64,000 nt of DNA from Gemmatimonadota bacterium (GTDB taxonomy: Bacteria > Gemmatimonadota > Gemmatimonadetes > JACCXV01): the NCBI GenBank assembly GCA_036556205.1, contig DATBJW010000015.1, positions 9,674 to 73,673 of the forward strand, in the 5' to 3' direction. Shown piece by piece: positions 30,869 through 40,308 of this stretch. The notes under the pieces are model-generated. The model was given only the letters and a program-made list of their open reading frames with translations. It did no database searches and was not told the DNA's origin. Position numbers and translations under genes: made by a program. Each line of letters opens with the position of its first letter. Position 1 is the stretch's first letter.

Positions 30869-30900
30869 ATGGAGCAGAGTAGCTACGGCCTCCGGCCATG

Positions 30901-33900
30901 TCAAGCCGGATCGGGGCTTTTCCCAAGCCACAAAAGCACTTCCGCCCCCTGCTCCCAGTTCCGGGCCTCGATCGTACCGCCCCACGACTCCACGATCCGG
31001 CGGGCGATGGCGAGCCCCAGCCCGGTGCCGCGCGTCTTGGTCGAGAAATAGGGCTGGAAGAGCCGCGGCAGGTCGTCGGCCGGGATCCCCGGCCCGCTGT
31101 CGCGGACGCGGACCAGGACCCGTCCCGGGGCCGCGTCGTAGTCCAGCTCCACGCGCACCGTTTCCCGTCCCGGGCTTCCGCCGTCCATCGCCTCGCGCGC
31201 GTTCTCGAACAGGTTCACGAGCACCTTCTTGAGCCCGTCGGCCTCGGCCATGACCGCCGCCGGCCGGCCCCTGACCTCGAGCTCGTAGCGCAGCCCTCCG
31301 CCCTGCTGGGCGTAGAGGTCCACCACCTCGCGCAGCGTGCCCGCGGGCTCCAACGGCTCGGGCGCCCCGCTCACCGCGCCGAAGCGGCTGAACTCGCCGG
31401 CGATGCGCTCGAGGCGGCCGATCTCGGCCAGCACGAGGTCCAGGTTCCGCTGCAGCACCGCGGCGAAGTCCGGCGGCGGTTCCGACTGCAGCCGGCGCAG
31501 GTGCTGGAGGGAGAGCTTGATGGGGGTGAGCGGGTTCTTGAGCTCGTGCGCGACCTGCCGCGCCATCTCTTCCCAGGCCAGCGCGCGCTGCGAGGCCAGG
31601 ACGTCCGAGATGTCCTCGAAGACGATGACCAGCCCGCGGCGCTCGCCGCCCTCGCCGTGGAGCGGGGCGAAGGCGAGGTGCAGGATGCGTCCGCCCTGCG
31701 GACCCGGGAGCCGCACCTCGTCCTCGCGGCGCTGGGCCAGCCTCAGGGCGCGCGCCACGCGCCGCCAGAATTCGGCCGGCGCCAGGTCCGGCGCGCGCTT
31801 CCCGATGGCGTCGGGGGTCAGGCTCAGCAGGTCGCGCGCGGCGTCGTTGGCCAGCTGGAGGCGCCCTTCGCTGTCGAGGGCCACGACCCCCGCCCCGGTG
31901 CTGGAGAGGATGGCCTGGATGCGCTCCTTCTCCGCCAGCAGCTCGCCGCGCGAGACCTGGAGCCCGGCCGCCATCGTGTTGAAGGCCGAGAACAGCCGAC
32001 CGAACTCGTCGCTCCGGTCGGGGTCGCGCAGCCGGTAGGCGAGCTCTCCCGTGGCGATGCGGTCGGAACCTTCCTTGAGTGCCGCGAGCGGGCTCGAGAG
32101 CTGGCGCGACACGAGCCAGCTGAAGAGCCCCAGCGCCAGCAGCGAGAGCGCGAAGAGAACGAACAGGACCTGCAGGAGGTCGCGCATGTCGCGCGAGATG
32201 TGGTCGTCGCGCAGCAGCAGGGGGCTGGCCAGGATGTAGGGCGCTCCGCCTTCCGACCACGGGGTCCTGAGGTAGGCGATCAGCACGTCGCGCCGGCCGA
32301 CCGCGGAGCGCTCGGTGGCCAGCCGCTCGTTGCCGTAGCGCAGGCGCCGGTAGAGGTCGCCCGGCATCCGCCGCGAGAAGAGGTTCGCCTGGAAGATCTC
32401 CGGCCGGTTCGAGCCGGCGACCTCGCCGCCCACGAAGACGATCAGGTCCTGGCCCACCACGCGCGCGGCCTCGGGCAGGATCGCCTCGAGCTCGGCTTCG
32501 CCCCCCGCCTCGAGCCGCGGGCCCAGGTAGGCCATGGCTGTCCGCAGCGACTCCTCGGCCAGCGCCCGCGTGGCGGTCTCGATCTGGTGCCGCGTGGTGT
32601 GAAAGCTGATCCAGGAGTAGACGGCGACGGGAACGGCCACGAAGGCCAGCAGCACGCTGAAGACGCGCCCGCGGAAGCTGGCCAGCGGGTTGCGCCAGCT
32701 CCCCGGCCAGGGGACCGGCGAGGATCCCAGCAAGGCATGGTAGAGGACGAGCAGGGCCAGCGCCGCGCCGAGCGTGGTCAGGCACAAGCTCAGATCGTCG
32801 AGGACGTCGGGCAGGTAGGGGGCGAGCGGCAGCGACATCCAGAGCCGGTCGTCGCCCGCACCCGAGGCCAGCGTGAGCGAGGGCTCCGGCGCGGGCGCCG
32901 CCTCGCCGCGATGCACGGCGAAGAGGTAGGGATCGGTCTCGCCCGAGAAGAACACGTCGCGCAGGAAGTAGCCCGCACTCTCCTCCCCGAGCGCGGGCTC
33001 GAGGGACTCCGCCACGAGGGCCACGGCGTAGCGCGCCTCGCCGTCGGGCGAGCGCAAGGGTGCCGTGGTGAAGAGCAGCGTGCGATCGGTCTCGGTCTGG
33101 ACGCGCGTCACGGCACCCAGCGGAACGCGGAGCGCGGCGCGCGCGATCCGCGGCAGCAGGTCCAGGTCGCGGGGCGGGAGCAGCGAGAAGCGGCTCTCGA
33201 TGGCCCCCGACTCGTCCACGACCACCAGGGCCGAAGGGAACGGCAGGTCGCGCAGCGGGGTGCGGGTCCAGGCCGCGAAGGCCGCCGCCTCGCGTCCCGC
33301 GCCCAGATCCTCGAGCGTGGTCGAGCCGCCGGTCAGCCGCTCGCCCGTGAGCTCCAGGTTGTACTCCAGCCACTGGCTCGACGAGCTGCCCACCTCGACG
33401 AGCCGCGCCTCCATGTACTGGCGCAGAGCCCACACCCGCCCCCCGCCGTGCGCGGTGGTGGCCGCGAGCCCCGCCAGCACGCCCGCCACCACCGCGGGGG
33501 CCAGGATCGAGCGCGTCCAGCCGCGGACCGCGAGCGCGGGCTCGAGCGAGAGTCCGGCCAGCCCGAGGCCTCCGGCCATGAGCGAGCTCCAGAGCGCCGC
33601 CGCCAGCAGCGGGCCCGAGGCGCTGGCGGCCGCGCGCAGCAGGTAGACGGCCGCCGCGACCGAGACGAGCACGGCCAGCCCGCAGGCCCACGGCCAGAGC
33701 CGGGCGGCGAGTGCCGCGCCCGCGCCGCTCCGGTCGGCACGCGCCGCGAGCACCACGAGCGTGGCCGCCGAGACCACGATCGCGGCCGCCGCCGCGGCCA
33801 GAGCGGCGAAGAGAAACGCTCCCTCGGGGGTGGAGTAGAGGTACGGCCTGAAGAGGAGCTGGGTCGACGTGTCGCGGATCAGGATCGCGCCGGCGTGGAG

Positions 33901-35235
33901 CAGACGCCGGTCGGCCAGGATCCCCGCCGCGATCAGGAGCAGCGTGACGACCACCGGGGCGGGGGCCGTGACCCTGCGCAGGGCGCCGCCCTCGGGCGCT
34001 GAGGAGCCCGCGGCGGCGCCGGCCGGCCGCGGCACGGTGCGGAAGGCGTCGAGCGCCAGAACGCAGGCGAAGAGTGCCGTGACGAGCAGGTCGGCGGGCG
34101 AGCTCGCGAAGGGTCCGAGGACGCGCGAGGCGAAGAGGAGCGGCGAGGAGAGCGAGCCGGGCAGCAGCGCCCGCAGCAGGTCGCCGGCGCTGATGAGCCA
34201 GCGCGCGACAACGAGGACCAGGGACTTCCCGGCCAATGCCAGCAGCCAGGCGGCCAGGCCGCCGCGCCTCACCGCCGCACCTGCACCCACTCCACCCTCG
34301 ACGAGGCGCCAGACCTCGCGCAGGAGGAGTGCCAGGGCCACCAGCGCGCAGGCCGCGGCGAGGCGCAGCCAGACGCTGCCGCCCGCCGCCGCGGCCGGCA
34401 GGAGCTCCACCGATCCGACGCGCCGCCCGGCCAGGCGCAGCGGCGCGCTGGGGCCGGCCACGGGTGCCGTGGTCACGCCGGGCGCGACGGGGGCACCGGG
34501 CGCGCCCCCGGAGACACCGCGATCGATGAGCACCCGCACGCCGTGCCGCCGCTCGAGCTCGGCCAGCCAACCCCTGGGCGGCAGCCCGAGCGCTTCGATC
34601 GGCGAGCGGCGCAGCCAGGGATCCTCGAGCGCGATCCCCCAGTCGCGCGACAGGGACCAGAGGACGACGCCGGCGCCGTTGGCATCCACGACGAGCGTCG
34701 CCCGCGACGGCGCGCTCGTGAGCCGCAGGCGGGTCGCGCCCCGCTGCGCGTCCAGCGTCTCGCCATACCACGCGACGAGCTCGCCCGTGGGCCCGAAGAG
34801 CTTGACGCCGCGCCCGGCCAGCGGCCGCTCGCGGTCGAGCCGGGCCAGCGCGGCGAAGGCGCCCCTGGGGTTGGCCGGCGAGACCTCGGCGCCCAGGCCG
34901 CGCACGACGGCGCCCAGGAGGGCCGCGTCCTCGCCGAGCCGCTGCTCGAGGGAGCCCGCGATGCGGGCCGCCCGGTCGGACGGCCGGTCGCTCCCGCCGC
35001 CGACGACGGGCAACAGGTGGGTGAAGAGGAGCAGCGCCGCCACGACCGCGAGCGCGCGGCAGAGACGGCCCGAGCCCGAGTCGCCGCGCCAGCCGAGGGC
35101 CGCCAGCGGGATCGCGAGGAGAGCCAGTACGAGGGTCTCGGGCGCCGGATCCGCGAAGGCGGGTACCAGCGCCAGCACCGCCCCGGCGCGCGTCAGGCGC
35201 CGGTCCCGCAGCCCGGCAAGGACCCGCTTCAGCAT
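30901..35235 (-). CDS. Giant polytopic sensor histidine kinase (NtrY-like HAMP-PAS-HisKA-HATPase C-terminus)
   Basis: 1444 aa. About 13 hydrophobic segments and two or three large extracytoplasmic loops fill the first roughly 950 aa. Then HAMP (SSPLAALKEGSDRIATGELAYRL), PAS (ILSSTGAGVVALDSEGRLQLAN), H-box HELKNPLTPIKLSLQHL, N-box NLFENAREAM, G1 VRDSGPGIP and G2 GTGLGLAIARRIV. Confidence 0.9.
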   Translation of the reverse strand: MLKRVLAGLRDRRLTRAGAVLALVPAFADPAPETLVLALLAIPLAALGWRGDSGSGRLCRALAVVAALLLFTHLLPVVGGGSDRPSDRAARIAGSLEQRLGEDAALLGAVVRGLGAEVSPANPRGAFAALARLDRERPLAGRGVKLFGPTGELVAWYGETLDAQRGATRLRLTSAPSRATLVVDANGAGVVLWSLSRDWGIALEDPWLRRSPIEALGLPPRGWLAELERRHGVRVLIDRGVSGGAPGAPVAPGVTTAPVAGPSAPLRLAGRRVGSVELLPAAAAGGSVWLRLAAACALVALALLLREVWRLVEGGVGAGAAVRRGGLAAWLLALAGKSLVLVVARWLISAGDLLRALLPGSLSSPLLFASRVLGPFASSPADLLVTALFACVLALDAFRTVPRPAGAAAGSSAPEGGALRRVTAPAPVVVTLLLIAAGILADRRLLHAGAILIRDTSTQLLFRPYLYSTPEGAFLFAALAAAAAAIVVSAATLVVLAARADRSGAGAALAARLWPWACGLAVLVSVAAAVYLLRAAASASGPLLAAALWSSLMAGGLGLAGLSLEPALAVRGWTRSILAPAVVAGVLAGLAATTAHGGGRVWALRQYMEARLVEVGSSSSQWLEYNLELTGERLTGGSTTLEDLGAGREAAAFAAWTRTPLRDLPFPSALVVVDESGAIESRFSLLPPRDLDLLPRIARAALRVPLGAVTRVQTETDRTLLFTTAPLRSPDGEARYAVALVAESLEPALGEESAGYFLRDVFFSGETDPYLFAVHRGEAAPAPEPSLTLASGAGDDRLWMSLPLAPYLPDVLDDLSLCLTTLGAALALLVLYHALLGSSPVPWPGSWRNPLASFRGRVFSVLLAFVAVPVAVYSWISFHTTRHQIETATRALAEESLRTAMAYLGPRLEAGGEAELEAILPEAARVVGQDLIVFVGGEVAGSNRPEIFQANLFSRRMPGDLYRRLRYGNERLATERSAVGRRDVLIAYLRTPWSEGGAPYILASPLLLRDDHISRDMRDLLQVLFVLFALSLLALGLFSWLVSRQLSSPLAALKEGSDRIATGELAYRLRDPDRSDEFGRLFSAFNTMAAGLQVSRGELLAEKERIQAILSSTGAGVVALDSEGRLQLANDAARDLLSLTPDAIGKRAPDLAPAEFWRRVARALRLAQRREDEVRLPGPQGGRILHLAFAPLHGEGGERRGLVIVFEDISDVLASQRALAWEEMARQVAHELKNPLTPIKLSLQHLRRLQSEPPPDFAAVLQRNLDLVLAEIGRLERIAGEFSRFGAVSGAPEPLEPAGTLREVVDLYAQQGGGLRYELEVRGRPAAVMAEADGLKKVLVNLFENAREAMDGGSPGRETVRVELDYDAAPGRVLVRVRDSGPGIPADDLPRLFQPYFSTKTRGTGLGLAIARRIVESWGGTIEARNWEQGAEVLLWLGKSPDPA

Positions 35236-35284
35236 CGCTCGCGCCCGGGTCGTCCCGCTCGCACGTCGGAGAGACCGCGCCCCG

Positions 35285-36475
35285 TCAGGAGTCTCCGCGG
35301 GCGGTGCCCGGCCCGGCCGAGGGCGGCGAATCCGCCGCGCCTTCGTCGTCCGCCGCGCCCGCTGCCCCGTTTCCCCCCGAGCGTCCGGGCCGGCCCGCCT
35401 CGGCCGCCCCGCGCGCCGGCGGGAACTCGTTGAAGTAGAAGTTGCCCTGGATCACGAGCTTGGGATCCGGGAACCCGGTCGGCAGAGGCTCGAAGTCGGC
35501 CGACCCGGAGACGGCGTCCGGCGCCACGTGACGCAGCTCGAGCACGCCCTGGTGGCCGACGATCGCGACCGACTCCAGCTGCCCGCTGGGCAGGATCGTG
35601 AAGCGCACCTGGGTCGTCCAGGCGGCGATCCCGTACCAGAAGGCGCTGGGGAGTATCGTCCACGTGTAGTCCTCGATCTGCCGCTTGAGCCGCGTCATGT
35701 AAGGCGCGTAGTCCCAGGCGTACGTGCTCAAGCTGAAGTCCTCGTCGAAGCGCGCGCGCGTCAGGCGGTTGTCCACCTGCGGCAGGCCCCGGCGACCCGT
35801 GCCGGGGGCGCCCGCGTTCCGCGGCGGCGCGCTGGCGGGCGGCAGGGTCACTTCGTGGCGCGGGAGGGCGAGGCGACTGTCCCCGAGCGATGAGCCCGTC
35901 CCCACCGGGGGCGCCTGAGCGAGCCGGCTCGGATCCGCTCCCTGGGCCAGCTCGCCCGAGCTGCCGGGCTCGACACCGCTCGCCGCGTCCGGCTGGTCGG
36001 CGGCCCCCGGCGCCTCTGCCTGCGCGCCCCCGGCTGCCGGCGGGCGAGCCTCCTGCGAGGCCCTGGCGGGCGGCTGGGCGCCGGGAGCGGCCCGCTCACG
36101 CGGACCGTCGTCGCGGCCGCCCTCCCCGGGTGTCGGGTTCGGCAGGCTCGTCTCGCCGCGGTTGAACGGGTCGCCTTCGGGAAGGTCGCGCGGGCCGCGG
36201 TCGGCCGCCCGCGAGTCGCGCTCGGAGACCAGGTTCGTGGGCTCCTCGGGCGCCCGCTCCGGGGCGCCGGAGGCGTCCACCAGCATCCTGGGCGCCTCCG
36301 CGGGGTTCAGGAGCCGCACGTTGACCGGCTCGGGGTTCGGGAAGAGCTCGGCCAGCCTCGCCGTCGCGCCCTCGTCCCTGGGCGCGGCGAACCCCGTGAC
36401 CACGAGCACCAGGATCAGCGCGTGGAGCAGGAGCGAGAAGACGAAGGGCGAGATGCGGCCGTCGCGTCGGAGCAT
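35285..36475 (-). CDS. TonB-like protein (N-terminal anchor, Pro/Ala/Gly-rich linker, TonB_C-like domain)
   Basis: N-terminus ISPFVFSLLLHALILVLVV, then a long low-complexity proline-rich spacer. The C-terminus TTQVRFTILPSGQLESVAIVGHQGVLELRHVAPDAVSGSADFEPLP resembles a TonB C-terminal fold. Confidence 0.5.
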   Translation of the reverse strand: MLRRDGRISPFVFSLLLHALILVLVVTGFAAPRDEGATARLAELFPNPEPVNVRLLNPAEAPRMLVDASGAPERAPEEPTNLVSERDSRAADRGPRDLPEGDPFNRGETSLPNPTPGEGGRDDGPRERAAPGAQPPARASQEARPPAAGGAQAEAPGAADQPDAASGVEPGSSGELAQGADPSRLAQAPPVGTGSSLGDSRLALPRHEVTLPPASAPPRNAGAPGTGRRGLPQVDNRLTRARFDEDFSLSTYAWDYAPYMTRLKRQIEDYTWTILPSAFWYGIAAWTTQVRFTILPSGQLESVAIVGHQGVLELRHVAPDAVSGSADFEPLPTGFPDPKLVIQGNFYFNEFPPARGAAEAGRPGRSGGNGAAGAADDEGAADSPPSAGPGTARGDS

Positions 36476-36656
36476 GACCCGCGGGGGTGAAGGGCCCCTG
36501 CCGGGCGCGCGGGCGCGCGCGAAAGGGGCCTCCCGGGCAATATAGCGCCCGGGGGACCCGTCAGCTTCCGTACCGAGGCTGGGGTCGCCGGTTCCCTCGG
36601 CGCGCGTCTCGTCGGGGAACCGGCGGAGGATCGAAGGTCGGGAAGGGCGCGGCCGC

Positions 36657-38138
36657 TCAGAACCCTCCGGCGTGGGCCTCTTCGGCCTTGCCGGGCGCGT
36701 TGCCCTCCACGAAGTAGCTCTGGCAGGCGCGATCCAGCAGGGTCTTCGACAGCACGGCCGGGACGCCGTAGAAGTTGGCGTAGTCCACGAGCTGGTCCAT
36801 CAGGTCGCGCGGGTGGCAGGAGCGTGGCTGGAGGCCCATCTCGCCGTAGTAGCGCTTGTACAGGTAGGTCACCGCCTCGGGGACGAACTTGATCGCCTTC
36901 GCGCGGCAGACGTTGAACAGGATCTGGCTGAACTCTTCGCGGGTCGGGTCGTCGGCCTTGACCTTGTAGCGGATGCGACGGAAGAAGGCCTCGTCCACCA
37001 GCTCGTCGGGGTCCAGGTTCGTCGCGAAGATGAGCAGGCAGTCGAAGGGCACCGGGAACTTCTTCCCGGTGTGCAGCGTGAGGTAGTCCACGCGCTTCTC
37101 GAGCGGCACGATCCAGCGGTTCAGCAGGTCGACCGGCTGCACCAGCTGGCGCCCGAAGTCGTCCAGGATGAACACGCCCCCGTTCGACTTCACCTGGAAG
37201 GGCGCCTCGTAGAACTTGGCGATCGGGTTGTAGCGCAGGTCCAGCATGTTCAGAGTGAGCTCGCCCCCGGTGAAGACCGTGGGCCGTCGGGTGTGGCACC
37301 AGCGCGGGTCGGTGGACTCGCGGCCGCCCTTCCAGAGCCCCGTGGACGGCACCTCGCCTTCCTCGGGGTCGCTCTCCTGGTGGTAGACGGGATCGAAGAC
37401 CTTGATGATCTGGCCTCCCACCTCGATCGCGTACGGCACGTAGATCTCGCCCCCCAGGAGGCCCGCGATCGTCTCCGCCACGAGCGTCTTCCCGTTCCCG
37501 GCCGGCCCGTAGAGGAACAGCGACTTCCCGGAGTTCACCGCCGGGCCGAGCATCATCAGGAAGCGGTTCGAGAGCACCAGGTGCGAGAACCCGCGCCGCA
37601 GGTCGTCCCACGAGATGCGGGTCGTGTTCACGGTCTGGCGGCGCACCCAATCCGCGTAGACGTCCAGCGGCACCGGCGCGGGCCCCACGTACTGGCAGCG
37701 ATCCAGGGCCTCGCGCGCGCGATCGCGCCCGTGGCCGGTGATCGCGTAGCGGTAGAAGGCGCGACCGTTTCCGTCCACGGTCTTCACCTCCACCTCCTTC
37801 TCACGCTTCAGGTGCTCGAGCAGCGCGTCCACGACGGTGAACGGGAGTGCCATCTGCTGCGACGCCTGCAGGGCGTTCAGGTCGCCCTGGGAATAGAAGG
37901 TCTTGATCAAGAGCTCGAGGACCAGATCCTCGGGAAGCCCGGTCTCCTCGAACGTGCGCGGGGCCTGCGGGAAGTCCGCCGCCTCGATCGCGAAGTCGAC
38001 GGCCGTAGGCAGCGGAGGGTCGCCGAGAACGGGACCCGCGTCGAAGTCCGAGGCGGACGCGGCAGGGGGCCGTTCGGATGTCGGAGCGGAGGGGCGGCCG
38101 GCAACGGCGGCCAGCTGACGGACGGCTTCGGGGGTCAT
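36657..38138 (-). CDS. AAA+ ATPase (MoxR/AAA_5-like core with N-terminal helical domain), translationally coupled to the Tad TPR gene
   Basis: Trimmed to MTPEAVRQ (start 38138, ATGA overlap with the upstream gene). Walker A LYGPAGNGKTLVAE, Walker B VFILDDFGRQ, then LLNRWIVPLEKRVDYLTLHTGKKFPVPFDCLLIFATNLDP..LVDEAFFRRIRYKV. No hydrophobic segments. Confidence 0.8.
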   Translation of the reverse strand: MTPEAVRQLAAVAGRPSAPTSERPPAASASDFDAGPVLGDPPLPTAVDFAIEAADFPQAPRTFEETGLPEDLVLELLIKTFYSQGDLNALQASQQMALPFTVVDALLEHLKREKEVEVKTVDGNGRAFYRYAITGHGRDRAREALDRCQYVGPAPVPLDVYADWVRRQTVNTTRISWDDLRRGFSHLVLSNRFLMMLGPAVNSGKSLFLYGPAGNGKTLVAETIAGLLGGEIYVPYAIEVGGQIIKVFDPVYHQESDPEEGEVPSTGLWKGGRESTDPRWCHTRRPTVFTGGELTLNMLDLRYNPIAKFYEAPFQVKSNGGVFILDDFGRQLVQPVDLLNRWIVPLEKRVDYLTLHTGKKFPVPFDCLLIFATNLDPDELVDEAFFRRIRYKVKADDPTREEFSQILFNVCRAKAIKFVPEAVTYLYKRYYGEMGLQPRSCHPRDLMDQLVDYANFYGVPAVLSKTLLDRACQSYFVEGNAPGKAEEAHAGGF

Positions 38139-39316
38139 CACGGACCTTGGGGTCGGAGGGTGGACGGAGCGGCGGCCGGCGGCGACTCGCGCCGCGCGCC
38201 CACCTTGGCGGGCTGCGCCGAGTGCGGGACCGCGGCGCCGCTCTCGGGCGCGGCCTCGCCGGAGGCGCCGGCGGGCACGGTCGGTTCGGGCTCGACGGCC
38301 GGGGCGGAAAGCGCTTGCAGCGCGCGCTCGTCGGAGAGGCGGCGGCGGGCGTCCCGCAGGTTGCGGGCGATCTCGCGGTCGCCGGGGGCTATGACGGCGG
38401 CCTTCTCGAAGGCCAGCGCCTCGGCTTCGGTCTCGCCACGGAAGCGGTGCACGAGGCCCAGGTTGTTCCAGGCCTGCGCTTCGGGGCCCGCCCGGCGGAA
38501 GGCGGCCAGGGCGCTGTCGGGGAGGCCCTGATAGCCGGCCGCCAGGCCCAGGTTGTTGAGCAGGGCCGGCTCGCCGGGCGCCAGGGAGAGGCCGCGCGCG
38601 AACTCGTCGGCGGCCTGCGCGTAGCGCTCCTGGAGCAGCAGGTTCCAGCCCAGGTTGTTGGCGTAGTCCCAGCGCCGGGGATCGAGCTCCACGGCCTCGC
38701 GCAGGGCGTCCTCGGCCTCGGGGTAGCGCTTCAGGAGGTCCAGGGCGATCCCGCGGTAGCTCCAGGCCAGCGCGTCGCCGGGCGTCACGCGGCACGCCTC
38801 TTCCAGGTACGGCAGGCCGAGCTCCGGCGCCCCCGCGTCCACCCACAGGCGGCCCATCTCGCGGCCGATCTCGGGGTTGCGGGGGTCGAGAGAGAGCGCC
38901 TCCTCGTAGTGGCGCAGGGCCAGGTCGTAGATGCGCTCGCGGTGGTAGGCGCGGGCGAGGGCGAGCTGGGCCGCGCCGCTATGCGGGTCGCCCGCCGCTT
39001 GCGAACGCGCGTCGGTGACCGCAGGCGTGTCGGCGCCGCCCGACTGGGCGGGGCGGATCTTCACCTTGCCGTCTTCGTCCTTGAGCTCGACCAGCTGCTC
39101 GTCCGTGAGGCCCGGCTCCGCCGACGAGACGGCCACGGCCGCGCTCGAATCGGCGGGCCCGGCCGCCGGGGTCTCGGCGGGGGCCGCGTTCGCTGGGCGC
39201 TTTCCTTCGGGGAGGGGGGTAATGAAGGGAGAGCGCTCCAGCTCCACCCGCTTCGTGCACCCGACGGCCAATGCCGCGCCGATCACGAGAGCCATCCTGA
39301 CTTTGCGCTGCATCAT
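38138..39316 (-). CDS. TPR-repeat lipoprotein (TadD-like position)
   Basis: Trimmed to MMQRKVRMALVIGAALAVGC (lipobox). Several TPR units (ALARAYHRERIYDLALRHYEEALSLDPRNPE..., AWSYRGIALDLLKRYPEAEDALREAVELDP...). Follows tadC. Confidence 0.65.
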   Translation of the reverse strand: MMQRKVRMALVIGAALAVGCTKRVELERSPFITPLPEGKRPANAAPAETPAAGPADSSAAVAVSSAEPGLTDEQLVELKDEDGKVKIRPAQSGGADTPAVTDARSQAAGDPHSGAAQLALARAYHRERIYDLALRHYEEALSLDPRNPEIGREMGRLWVDAGAPELGLPYLEEACRVTPGDALAWSYRGIALDLLKRYPEAEDALREAVELDPRRWDYANNLGWNLLLQERYAQAADEFARGLSLAPGEPALLNNLGLAAGYQGLPDSALAAFRRAGPEAQAWNNLGLVHRFRGETEAEALAFEKAAVIAPGDREIARNLRDARRRLSDERALQALSAPAVEPEPTVPAGASGEAAPESGAAVPHSAQPAKVGARRESPPAAAPSTLRPQGP

Positions 39317-39363
39317 GCCCCCCCGAGCAAGATGAGTTGACGCCCGACGTCCGCGCCCGCGGT

Positions 39364-40299
39364 CTACTTCACGACGCCCGACAGCTGCTCCAGGATGTGC
39401 AGGATCGCCGGGCCCAGGATGACCACGAACATGGCCGGGAAGATGAAGATCACGAGCGGGAACACGAGCTTGATCGTGGTCTTGGCGGCGGCCTCCTCGG
39501 CGCGCTGCCGGCGCTTCGTGCGCAGCGTGTCGGAGTGGACCCGCAGCGACTGGGCGATGCTGGTTCCGAAGCGATCGGTCTGGATCAGCATGGCCACCAG
39601 CGCCTGCAGATCCTCCACACCCGTGCGCTCGGACAGGTGCCGCAGCGCGTCGGGCCGCGACGTGCCGGCGCGCATCTCCAGGTTCACGAGCCCGAACTCC
39701 TCGGCGATGGGCGGGCACGCGTGCGACATCTCTTCGGCCACGCGGATCAGCGCCTGGTTCAGGCCCAGGCCGGCCTCGACGCAGATCACGAGCAGGTCGA
39801 GCGCGTCGGCGAGGCCCAGCCGGATCGCCTCCTGGCGCTTGCGGATGCGGCTCTTGAGCAGGAAGCGCGGCAGGAAGTACCCGAGCCCGGCGCTGACCAG
39901 GAGCAGCGGCGTCGCGCGCAGCACGGCGGTATGGAGCGCCACACCCATCAGCACGACCAGCGCCGGCATCAGGAGCGCTCCCAGGATGCGCGCGCCGTAG
40001 TAGAGCGCTGGACCCTCCTCCTGGCGGATGCCGGCCCGCACCAGGGCCTTGCGCGTCTCGCCCAGGTCCTTGCGCGTGCTCGCCGCGCGCTTGCCCAGCG
40101 TGCGCAGCATGCCCTCGAGCTTGTCGCGCTGGGCGCGCCGGCGGTGGACGGCCGCCACGGACTCGGTGAAGGGCCCCAGGTTCTGGATCTCGGCCAGCCG
40201 GCCGCGCAGCGCCGTGGGACGGGGGCTCAGCGAGATGACCACGCCGTAGGCGAGGGTCGCGACGGTGGCGAAGACAAGAAAGGCGATCAGGACGAGCAT
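39364..40299 (-). CDS. tadC: Tad pilus platform protein TadC (T2SS F family)
   Basis: 311 aa. N-terminal TM, a cytoplasmic GspF-like domain, and C-terminal TMs (KLVFPLVIFIFPAMFVVILGPA). Confidence 0.85.
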   Translation of the reverse strand: MLVLIAFLVFATVATLAYGVVISLSPRPTALRGRLAEIQNLGPFTESVAAVHRRRAQRDKLEGMLRTLGKRAASTRKDLGETRKALVRAGIRQEEGPALYYGARILGALLMPALVVLMGVALHTAVLRATPLLLVSAGLGYFLPRFLLKSRIRKRQEAIRLGLADALDLLVICVEAGLGLNQALIRVAEEMSHACPPIAEEFGLVNLEMRAGTSRPDALRHLSERTGVEDLQALVAMLIQTDRFGTSIAQSLRVHSDTLRTKRRQRAEEAAAKTTIKLVFPLVIFIFPAMFVVILGPAILHILEQLSGVVK

Positions 40300-40308
40300 G
40301 CGCGCTCC

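Noticed and set aside
30815-34771. 1318-aa (-) and 1034-aa (+, 30898..34002) ORFs overlapping the histidine kinase gene.
   Set aside because: Only the 30901..35235 frame yields TM helices plus HAMP, PAS, H-box, N-box and G-box motifs. The others are Arg/Gly/Pro-rich with no motifs.
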